Of a stretch of DNA of 40,490 nucleotides, positions 33,469-40,490 are shown piece after piece. The translations under genes and the position numbers were made by a program. The stretch covers positions 27,888 through 68,377 of the forward strand of contig CAZHTA010000004.1 in NCBI GenBank assembly GCA_964535515.1, read 5' to 3'. Origin of the DNA: an uncultured Gammaproteobacteria bacterium. GTDB taxonomy: Bacteria > Patescibacteriota > Patescibacteriia > Magasanikbacterales > GWA2-37-8. Every line of letters starts with the position of its first letter. Position 1 is the stretch's first letter. A model generated the notes under the pieces. It saw only the letters and a program-made list of their open reading frames with translations. It ran no database searches and was not told where the DNA came from.

Positions 33469-34830
33469 ATGGAACAGGTGAATATTAAAAGATACAAAGA
33501 TTCTTTTAAGTGGCAGTTTGGTGCTTATCCTTTTTTTACTTCGGTTTTTACTAAATGCGCTGATTTGAAAATTAAAAAGAAACATCATCTTTGTTTTAAT
33601 GAATATATTAGTAATTTTGAAAATGATTCAGTAACAGCGTTTATTCCATGGGAAGTTTTTGAAACACCTGGTAGGAAGATTATTAAAAAAATACTAGCAG
33701 GGGACAAGTATTATTATAACGAAATAAAAAGAACACATAGTGCAGTTAAAAAAGCTATTGCAGCATGTTTGTTGGCGCGGTCTAAAAATGTTAATGAATT
33801 GGGTAGGTGGTGGAGATTAACTCAGGATGCGCTATCGGATGTTAGTCGTGTATTATATTCATTTGATTTTACTTTTGATTTATTTTTAAATGAATTAAGA
33901 GCGAAGGATCAGGATTTGTTTGTGGTGTTGTTAGAGAATATAAAAACAAAAGAAAAATCTTTTCTTGAGGAAGCCTCGGCTAAGTTGTTAAAATTAAAAT
34001 CAGAAAGCAGTGATTTTAAAAAGGTCTATATTAAATTTGTTAAAGAGTTTGGGTGGTTTCAAAATAGTTATAGAGGAGTTTTTAAATTCGATGAGACTTG
34101 GTTGAAACAGTATTTAAAAAATATTTTGCAGCCAAATAAAAAGGACAAAGCAAAGGCGCCGGGCGTTGTTCCGTCTAAATACAAGTTATTAGTTAAGTTG
34201 GCGAAAGAAACGATAGTGTTTAGAGATGACAAGAAAAAATTATTACTAGTCGCAGCAGATGTGATGGATAGTTGGCTAAGGAGAGTTTGCAAAGAACACG
34301 GTTGGTCTTTTGAAGCAATGCGTTGGTTAACAGTAGATGAGATATTGGATGTAATAGAAAATGGTAATAAAAAGAATTTGGTGTTGGCAGAAAAATATTA
34401 CAAAGCCAAGCGACGCATTGGTGTTATGGTCAGTACAGGTTATTTAGATATTAGTAAAAAAGATTGGGACAAAATATATTTGTTGTACTTTACTTCTAAG
34501 AGTGGTTTGGTAAAAGGATTGGCAGCTAACAAAGGTGTCTATAGAGGAACGGTGCGAGTAATTTTAGATCCAGTGAAGGATGCAAAAAAGTTTTATCCAG
34601 GAGATGTTTTAGTCGCCTCGATGACTCGTCCGGAGTATATTAGTCTAATGAGTAAGGCGGGTGCTTTTGTGACTGATGAAGGTGGAATATCTTGTCATGC
34701 TGCTATTGTGGCTAGAGAAATGGGGAAGCCGTGTATTATTGGCACCAGAAATGCTACTAAGATGTTAAAGGATGGTGATTTTGTGGAGGTGGATGCTAAT
34801 ATTGGAATTATTAAAGTCGTTAAAAATTAA
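33469..34830 (+). CDS. Swivel-domain paralog 7
   Basis: GDVLVASMTRPEYISLMSKAGAFVTDEGGISCHAAIVAREMGKPCIIGT. N-terminal motif FVKEFGWFQNSYRG. Confidence 0.85.
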   Translation: MEQVNIKRYKDSFKWQFGAYPFFTSVFTKCADLKIKKKHHLCFNEYISNFENDSVTAFIPWEVFETPGRKIIKKILAGDKYYYNEIKRTHSAVKKAIAACLLARSKNVNELGRWWRLTQDALSDVSRVLYSFDFTFDLFLNELRAKDQDLFVVLLENIKTKEKSFLEEASAKLLKLKSESSDFKKVYIKFVKEFGWFQNSYRGVFKFDETWLKQYLKNILQPNKKDKAKAPGVVPSKYKLLVKLAKETIVFRDDKKKLLLVAADVMDSWLRRVCKEHGWSFEAMRWLTVDEILDVIENGNKKNLVLAEKYYKAKRRIGVMVSTGYLDISKKDWDKIYLLYFTSKSGLVKGLAANKGVYRGTVRVILDPVKDAKKFYPGDVLVASMTRPEYISLMSKAGAFVTDEGGISCHAAIVAREMGKPCIIGTRNATKMLKDGDFVEVDANIGIIKVVKN

Positions 34831-34843
34831 TTTACGATTGTAA

Positions 34844-35461
34844 ATGATTATGAATAAGTCTTTTATCTTTGATTGGTCTGGGACGCTAAGTGACAATTTC
34901 AACTGCTTTTGTAAAGTGTGTGATTTGATGTTTCCGGAATTAGGGCGAGAAAAAATTACTCCTGAAGAAATTAGGAAGGAGTTTACTTTACCGTATATGT
35001 CTTTTTGGAATAAATATTTTCCGGAATTATCCCAAGAAAAACAATGTGGAATGTATGTAAAATATATTCATCAGGTTGGTAATCCGAATCTTTATCCGGG
35101 TGTAAAAGAAGTAATTACAGCATTGCATGGCGGTGGTCATAAGATATTTATTGCAAGTTCCGATCCAGAATCAAAGATAACAGAAGAAATTGAAGCTTCA
35201 GGTTTAAAGGATTTTTTAAGTGGGTATTATTTTGAATTACAAGATAAGACTGAAAAGATTATGGAGCTGGTTAATAATACGCCTTTAGATATTAACAGTA
35301 CTTACTATATTGGTGATACTTTTGGTGATGTTGAGATGGGTAAAAAAGCGGGTGTTAAAACAGTTGGTATTTCTTGGGGGTTTCAGAGTCGTGAGGGTTT
35401 GGCTCTGAGTAAACCGGATTTTTTAATTGATGATATTTTAGAGATTAAAAATATTATATAA
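34844..35461 (+). CDS. HAD-superfamily hydrolase-fold protein with atypical motif I (DWSGT)
   Basis: Motif I is FIFDWSGTL, with Ser at Asp+2. Also IASSD (motif II-like) and YIGDTFGDVEMGKKAGV (motif IV). Confidence 0.75.
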   Translation: MIMNKSFIFDWSGTLSDNFNCFCKVCDLMFPELGREKITPEEIRKEFTLPYMSFWNKYFPELSQEKQCGMYVKYIHQVGNPNLYPGVKEVITALHGGGHKIFIASSDPESKITEEIEASGLKDFLSGYYFELQDKTEKIMELVNNTPLDINSTYYIGDTFGDVEMGKKAGVKTVGISWGFQSREGLALSKPDFLIDDILEIKNII

Positions 35462-35466
35462 ATTTT

Positions 35467-36561
35467 GTGCGTTCAGTATTGAATACAATTAAAAAATTTG
35501 ATTTAGAAGTGGCCACTAAAAGACCTCTACCTTTGTTTACCTTGAGTTGTATAGGGAAAACCTATGTGGATGTATTAAAAAAGAAATATTTTAAGTGTAA
35601 TTATGAGGCTGTAGCTGGTTGGGGTGATAAAAATGGTTTTGTATCTTTACTTAATGAAGAGGCGGTGGTGGATACAATGGCAAATAAGTTAAAAAAAGAA
35701 AAAGATATAAAAAAGAAGTTTGTGGTACCTCTACAAACCAATTTTGTAAAGTTTAAGAAAGAATTTAATGTATTGTTGTCTAATTTGGGAAGAAAGAATG
35801 CGTTGTTAAGTTTAAAACTTTTGTCTAAGTATTATATTGACTATCTCGTGATCTTAGGTAGCTTGAATTGTCTTTGGCGATATATTGGTGATAACGCCGT
35901 AACAAAGTGTAACAAAAAAGACATTGAATATTTTGCCAAAGCCAGGGGAAATGTTGCAGAAATATATCCGCAGATGGAAGGGGCTCTTTCTTTGTTGTGT
36001 AACAAAATTGGTGAGCAGCAAAAATTTGACGGCGATTTGTTGCGATATTTTACTCGCGCAGAGTTAGATAATTTTTTAGACAAAAAGGAATTGTTAAATT
36101 TGGAAAAGCAACAAAAGTTAAAGAAGAGGAAAGTTGGATATTTTTATATTTACACTAAAAATACTGAAGAAGTTGTAACTGAGGACAACGTTTTAATAAA
36201 AAAGATCAAACAGTTTGCACTTAAAAATAGCCAGCCCAAGTCAGGATTAAAAGGTACAGTTGTTTATCTAGGCAAGGTAGAAGCAAAGGTGTTTAATTTT
36301 GATCAAAATTTTAAGAAAGCACCTGCTGGTAAATTTATTTTGGTAACACACATGACTCATCCTAAAGATTTAACGTTGATTAAAAAATCACTAGGGATAA
36401 TTACTGATGAAGGGGGAGTGTTGTGTCATGCGGCGATTATGGCGCGTGAACTCAAGAAGCCGTGTATAATTGGTACAAAGGTGGCTACGCAATTATTAAA
36501 AACCGGTATGAGTGTTGAATTAGATTGTTACAAAGGAACTATTAAAATAATTAAAAAATAA
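35467..36561 (+). CDS. Swivel-domain paralog 8 (GTG start; short, 364 aa)
   Basis: GKFILVTHMTHPKDLTLIKKSLGIITDEGGVLCHAAIMARELKKPCIIGT. Confidence 0.8.
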   Translation: MRSVLNTIKKFDLEVATKRPLPLFTLSCIGKTYVDVLKKKYFKCNYEAVAGWGDKNGFVSLLNEEAVVDTMANKLKKEKDIKKKFVVPLQTNFVKFKKEFNVLLSNLGRKNALLSLKLLSKYYIDYLVILGSLNCLWRYIGDNAVTKCNKKDIEYFAKARGNVAEIYPQMEGALSLLCNKIGEQQKFDGDLLRYFTRAELDNFLDKKELLNLEKQQKLKKRKVGYFYIYTKNTEEVVTEDNVLIKKIKQFALKNSQPKSGLKGTVVYLGKVEAKVFNFDQNFKKAPAGKFILVTHMTHPKDLTLIKKSLGIITDEGGVLCHAAIMARELKKPCIIGTKVATQLLKTGMSVELDCYKGTIKIIKK

Positions 36562-36564
36562 AAT

Positions 36565-37422
36565 ATGCCAGATAAATATACTGCCGTTTGGGTTTCACAC
36601 TCTTCGATTAGTGATTGGTTGCATTGTCCGCAGGCATATTTTTTGCAAAATGTGTATCGTGATCCTAAGACCAATCATAAGATAAGAATAACACGCCCCA
36701 GTTTGTCTTTGGGTAGTGCGGTGCATGAAGTTTTAGAAGGAATTTCTTTGTTACCAAAAGAAACTCGTTTTAACGAATCACTTGTTTCTAAGCTTGAAGA
36801 TGCTTGGAAAAGAGTCAGTGGTAAAAGAGGTGGGTTTTTAGATTCAGAAAGTGAGTACCGGTATAAAATGCGTGGTCAGGAGATGCTGCGTCGAGTAATG
36901 AACCACAAAGATGTTTTAGCTGGTCCAGCGGTAAAAATCAAAGAAGATTTACCCCATTTTTGGTTGTCAGAAGAAGATAACATAATTTTGTGTGGTAAGA
37001 TTGACTGGTTGGAATATTTACCAGAGATTGACAGTGTGCATATTATCGATTTTAAGACGGGGAAAAGTGAAGAGGATCCAGATTCACTGCAGTTACCAAT
37101 ATATCATTTGTTGGTTCACAATTGTCAAAAACGTAAAGCCGTAAAAGCTAGTTATTGGTATGTAGAATCAAGTGATGGTTTAACAGAAAAAGTTTTGCCT
37201 GACTTAGAATCATCAAGAAAAAAAGTTTTGGCAATCGCTCGTGATATTAAAATGGCGCGACAATTGAAACGTTTTAAATGCCCAGAAGGGGAGAGTTGTA
37301 AATTTTGTCAGCCACTTTTGAATGTAACCAAAGGTTTGGGTGAATTAGTTGGGACGGACGATTACAAAAGTGACATATATATCTTGCCGGTGGCTGAGGA
37401 AAAGGAAAGTGTTATACTTTAA
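36565..37422 (+). CDS. PD-(D/E)XK nuclease with a Cas4/AddB-type four-Cys cluster
   Basis: SHSSISDWLHCPQAYFL (N-terminal Cys), GKIDW...HIIDFKTGK (D...DxK), QLPIYHLL and the C-terminal CPEGESCKFCQP. Confidence 0.7.
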   Translation: MPDKYTAVWVSHSSISDWLHCPQAYFLQNVYRDPKTNHKIRITRPSLSLGSAVHEVLEGISLLPKETRFNESLVSKLEDAWKRVSGKRGGFLDSESEYRYKMRGQEMLRRVMNHKDVLAGPAVKIKEDLPHFWLSEEDNIILCGKIDWLEYLPEIDSVHIIDFKTGKSEEDPDSLQLPIYHLLVHNCQKRKAVKASYWYVESSDGLTEKVLPDLESSRKKVLAIARDIKMARQLKRFKCPEGESCKFCQPLLNVTKGLGELVGTDDYKSDIYILPVAEEKESVIL

Positions 37423-37429
37423 TCTTTTT

Positions 37430-38137
37430 ATGGATTTAATTTCTGTTATTATCCCAGTTTACAACCAAGCGCAAGTGTTGCGCCGATCTTTGGTTTCGCT
37501 TTTGCATCAAACATATCGACCGCTAGAAGTTATTGTAGTAAATGATGGTAGTACGGATAATTTTTCTACGGTGATGAATGAAATCTTAGCAGAAGAACAA
37601 TTTAAAGATTTAAAGATCAAAGTTATTAATCAGCCAAACCAGGGCGCTCCATCGGCACGCAATCACGGGTTTAGTGAATCACTTGGTCATTATATTATAT
37701 TTTGGGATGCTGATACTATCGCTAAGTCAGAAATGTTAACAATCATGCATCAAGTATTAACTGGTAATCCAACAGCCAGCTGGGTGTATTCGCAATTTTG
37801 TTTTGGTTGGAAGAAGATGCGTGGAGCAGCTTTTGATGTTGAGTTATTAAAAAAGAATAATTATATTGATGTTACGAGTTTAATTCGTCGTGATGCTTTT
37901 GTTCCGTTTGATGAAAAGCTAAAACGTTTTCAAGATTGGGATTTGTGGTTGTCTTTAACTGAGAAAGGTAAGAGCGGTGTTTTTATTCCTAAAGTGTTGT
38001 ACAAAAAAATAACTAACCCGGTTGGGATTAGCGCGTGGCTTCCAAGTTTCTTTTTTAAGTTACCTTGGAAAGTTGGCAAGGTAGAAAAATATGAGGCAGC
38101 TGCTCAGATTGTTAAGAAGAAACATGGTTTGGCTTAG
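37430..38137 (+). CDS. Glycosyltransferase family 2 (ATG 37430 preferred)
   Basis: ISVIIPVYNQAQVLRRSL, VIVVNDGSTD, APSARNHG and FWDADT. Confidence 0.85.
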   Translation: MDLISVIIPVYNQAQVLRRSLVSLLHQTYRPLEVIVVNDGSTDNFSTVMNEILAEEQFKDLKIKVINQPNQGAPSARNHGFSESLGHYIIFWDADTIAKSEMLTIMHQVLTGNPTASWVYSQFCFGWKKMRGAAFDVELLKKNNYIDVTSLIRRDAFVPFDEKLKRFQDWDLWLSLTEKGKSGVFIPKVLYKKITNPVGISAWLPSFFFKLPWKVGKVEKYEAAAQIVKKKHGLA

Positions 38138-39500
38138 TTGCTGTGGCAGCAATAAGGGTAAGTAAAATTATTCCAAAGACATGGAAAAGTGCCGGCGAAG
38201 TAAGGGTGCTAATCATTAAGACGGAGATGGTTGTAAAAGCAAGAGTTTGATACTCTGCTTTTTTTATTATCTCCAAAATTAATGTGAACCACAATATTAA
38301 ACCAACCAAACCTAATTCTGCCCAGATTTCTAAATATCCCCAATCAAAATGTGGTGTGGTGATAGTTTGTTTAAATATGGGGCTGTAAGCAGAAACAGTA
38401 TCTCCCAAACCTTGGCCAATAACCGGGGTGGCCATAATCTTCTTTTTTATTTCCGGCAACAGCAACATGCGACTAAGAGAACTTTCTTCAATCGATGGAC
38501 TGGTAATACTTTGTAAGCGTAATCCAAATATTTCCCAACCTAGACTTTGTCCACGGCTAGCGATGAAATGAACAGCGGTGAATCCGATTATTAAGATCAA
38601 GACAAAAGTAGCACTACATTTTAACCAGGTCAGCCAGTATTCTTTTTTGAAGAGTAGTAATATACCAACAAAAAATGCTAAATAATATATTCGTGTTAAG
38701 TTTACAGCCAAAACTAAGATGGTTATGGCTGCTAAAGTCCAATTAAGTTTGGTGTTTTTCTTTTTTAATATCTCAAGCATCAGCCAGAGTAGTATTGGAA
38801 CAATTAGCAGGTGCTCATTTAAAACCAAACGAACAAAGTGAAAAGGTAAGGCAGTGATTTTTCCTCCCGCAACATCACGATACCAATGGTAGTAATTATC
38901 TTGTAAGGCAAAGAGGTTAAGAGAAAATCCACAGAAAGTAAAAAAGATAATAATAAAATTACCAACTAGAGCAGCAATTAAAATATTTTTTGTTGTATTT
39001 AAAAATTTTGAATCACGAGTAATAATTTCTTTGAGCGGAAAATAGTAACAAAAAAAGAAATAGGGGACAGTGTCGGCAATGATACTACTTAAAGCGTGCC
39101 CATTTTTAATACCAATGAGTGCTGAAATAACTGCCCAACCAATTAGTGTGAGAATGATAAAAAAAAGTTTGTCGCTAGTGATATCTTTAATTTTTTTATC
39201 TTGTATTTTTTTAACCAAAAAGATAATGAGGGAAAAAACTAGAAGAAGTGTGCGAAGTGATATGCTACCGACTCCTAGGTAACTACCAGATCCACCCAGT
39301 ATGATTTCAGCGGCAATAATATACCAACCACGTGAATCGTCGTTAATTAAAAGATAACTAACAGTTATTGCGATAATTCCTGATACAAAGATATTAATGA
39401 TGCTGGCACCTAAAAGTGGAGTATCAGGTGTAAAAACAAAAGAAAAGATTCTTAAGACAAAGAAGGCAATGAGAGATAGGCTAAAAATCTTTTTATCCAT
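38112..39500 (-). CDS. Polytopic membrane protein, O-antigen ligase/polymerase (Wzy_C)-like
   Basis: About 11-12 TM segments with a larger loop near the C-terminal third. Sits next to glycosyltransferases. This is a weak family call. Confidence 0.4.
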   Translation of the reverse strand: MDKKIFSLSLIAFFVLRIFSFVFTPDTPLLGASIINIFVSGIIAITVSYLLINDDSRGWYIIAAEIILGGSGSYLGVGSISLRTLLLVFSLIIFLVKKIQDKKIKDITSDKLFFIILTLIGWAVISALIGIKNGHALSSIIADTVPYFFFCYYFPLKEIITRDSKFLNTTKNILIAALVGNFIIIFFTFCGFSLNLFALQDNYYHWYRDVAGGKITALPFHFVRLVLNEHLLIVPILLWLMLEILKKKNTKLNWTLAAITILVLAVNLTRIYYLAFFVGILLLFKKEYWLTWLKCSATFVLILIIGFTAVHFIASRGQSLGWEIFGLRLQSITSPSIEESSLSRMLLLPEIKKKIMATPVIGQGLGDTVSAYSPIFKQTITTPHFDWGYLEIWAELGLVGLILWFTLILEIIKKAEYQTLAFTTISVLMISTLTSPALFHVFGIILLTLIAATATKPNHVSS

Positions 39501-39502
39501 AG

Positions 39503-40255
39503 TTAAACCATTTTAACGTCAGCTAAGTTATGAATACCGTTTATCCAAGACAAGGCCGGCATAGTATTTTTACCTTCGGGTTGTAAGGTGATAATTTCTA
39601 ATGATCCAACTTTACACCCGATTAGTACTTTACTTTTTTCTAATACTATTTTCCCAGTTGGCATTTCAGTGTCAGTTGGTAGTACTTCTAAGAGTTTGAT
39701 TCGCTTGTCTTGAAAAGTGGTCCATAGCCCTGGCCAGACTTCTAAACCACGACCAAGATTGTAAATTTCAGTAGCAGTTTTGTTCCAATCGATGTGTCCG
39801 CTTTCTTTGGTAAACATGGTACAAAAAGTTGCTTGGGACTCATCCTGGATTTGGGGTTTAATTGTACCTGCCAAATAGTTTGGGATAGTCTCTGTAAGCC
39901 CTAAAATTGCCGTTTTAAGCAGTTTTCCAGCCAAAGTAGTGTAAGTGTCAGTTGGATCGATTTTTACTATGCCAGAATGTAAAATTGGTCCATGATCCAT
40001 CTTTTCGTCCATAAGCATAATCGAGACGCCGGTTTCAGTTTCGCCATTAATTAAAACTGACTGAATAGGGGAGGCACCACGATATTTTGGTAAAAGTGAG
40101 GGGTGGACATTGATTGACCCAAATTTAGGTGCTTCAACAATCCGTTTCGGGATAATGAGTCCATATTCGCAGACAATATTTAACTCAATATTTTCCGGGA
40201 AGATGTATTCTTTTAATTTTAGAAATGGATATGGGTTTTTAAACAATTGCGACAT
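39503..40255 (-). CDS. fmt: Methionyl-tRNA formyltransferase, N-terminally short (250 aa)
   Basis: YGLIIPKRIV..GSINVHPSLLPKYRGASPIQSVLINGETETGVSIMLMDEKMDHGPIL, plus the C-terminal tRNA-binding domain. The first roughly 40-60 residues of canonical Fmt (the GTPxFA region) are absent, and an in-frame stop lies 2 codons upstream of the ATG. Confidence 0.85.
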   Translation of the reverse strand: MSQLFKNPYPFLKLKEYIFPENIELNIVCEYGLIIPKRIVEAPKFGSINVHPSLLPKYRGASPIQSVLINGETETGVSIMLMDEKMDHGPILHSGIVKIDPTDTYTTLAGKLLKTAILGLTETIPNYLAGTIKPQIQDESQATFCTMFTKESGHIDWNKTATEIYNLGRGLEVWPGLWTTFQDKRIKLLEVLPTDTEMPTGKIVLEKSKVLIGCKVGSLEIITLQPEGKNTMPALSWINGIHNLADVKMV

Positions 40256-40284
40256 ATATTAATGATATAAATTTTTGGGATAAG

Positions 40285-40315
40285 TTTAAGTATTTGATAA
40301 GAAAAAATACTTAAA
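40285..40315. repeat. Perfect 11-bp AT-rich inverted repeat (TTTAAGTATTT-9 nt-AAATACTTAAA) in the divergent intergenic region
   Basis: Read directly: arms at 40285-40295 and 40305-40315. Confidence 0.6.
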
Positions 40316-40345
40316 CAAGATAAACAAATGTCATATAACTTATAA

Positions 40346-40490
40346 ATGTCAATCAACATAGAATCATCGCTTGCGGCAAAATTAACAAATACGAGTTCAA
40401 TTAACGACGTATTTAGTGTGGACCATCGTGTTTATGAGCAACGTGTACGCACAACATACGGCCTTAAACTGAGACTGAAGTCAGATGACA
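40346..40490 (+). CDS. Possible 5' end of an unidentified CDS running off the window
   Basis: ATG at 40346, open to the window end (MSINIESSLAAKLTNTSSINDVFSVDHRVYEQRVRTTYGLKLRLKSDD...). I see no recognisable homology. Confidence 0.25.
   Translation, partial: MSINIESSLAAKLTNTSSINDVFSVDHRVYEQRVRTTYGLKLRLKSDD

Noticed and set aside
11534-37429. The long 5' extensions of track ORFs: 11534 (TTG), 14154, 24764 (TTG), 28778, 30846 and 37349.
   Set aside because: The extensions overlap the upstream gene, a terminator or a promoter hexamer, and homology begins only at the internal ATG (11606, 14211, 24812, 28898, 30900 and 37430).
687-40000. The many 60-146-aa antisense or out-of-frame ORFs in the track, for example 687-1127 -, 3018-3347 -, 5987-6340 -, 10395-10733 -, 22337-22660 +, 27251-27610 -, 28248-28625 -, 31703-32080 - and 39070-39282 +.
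   Set aside because: Each lies wholly inside a longer ORF with clear homology on the other strand or frame. Their low-complexity or hydrophobic translations are typical of shadow ORFs.
1-40490. CRISPR arrays, rRNA/tRNA genes, transposases or integrases.
   Set aside because: I saw no regularly spaced direct repeats, no rRNA- or tRNA-like sequence, and no ORF with DDE, tyrosine- or serine-recombinase motifs. The only tandem repeat is the 2 x 15 nt duplication at 28845-28874.

Overview
The window is low in G+C (21/60 counted at 7021-7080), tightly packed and almost entirely plus-strand. Short housekeeping proteins and starts without Shine-Dalgarno (SD) motifs suggest a reduced, CPR/Patescibacteria-like genome; this is inference only.

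Ordinary content:
- A partial HIT hydrolase, a CPHC-thioredoxin/DsbD-like membrane fusion, Nudix, a PflX-type radical SAM protein, DUF2207-like, AMMECR1 and an orphan TraD/VirD4-like ATPase.
- SPFH, a tandem zinc-ribbon protein, HD, MnmA, a TIM-barrel protein, a short AlaRS and GtrA-like.
- The infA-rpmJ-rpsM-rpsK-rpsD-rpoA-rplQ-rplM-rpsI block.
- An envelope cluster: 2x FemAB, a MOP flippase, GT4, GT2 and an O-antigen-ligase-like protein.
- A short Fmt.

Main finding: eight diverged paralogs each consist of a variable N-terminal domain plus a C-terminal PpsA-type phosphohistidine swivel domain (GGxTCHAA).
- Six sit in one operon at 6519-16839. That operon ends in a stand-alone PpsA/PPDK-type ATP-grasp subunit (16841-17827), and no PEP/pyruvate TIM-barrel domain appears anywhere in the window.
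- Histidine-phosphatase-fold genes are interleaved with the six.
- The other two (33469-36561) flank a HAD-fold protein inside the envelope cluster.
- I read this as a candidate split, multi-acceptor dikinase/phosphotransferase system.

Second finding: two short islands of about 70% G+C (about 10.9-11.5 kb and 24.3-24.6 kb) each carry one minus-strand ORF. These are the only minus-strand genes in the first 38 kb. One is a SixA-like histidine-phosphatase-fold protein with degenerate catalytic motifs, inserted in the middle of the swivel-domain operon. The other is a 73-aa four-Cys protein.

Smaller observations: RpoA lacks an alpha-CTD, a roughly 90-nt three-way-junction RNA candidate lies between infA and rpmJ, several units have leaderless or SD-less starts, and Fmt is N-terminally truncated.

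I saw no tRNA, rRNA, CRISPR array or transposase.
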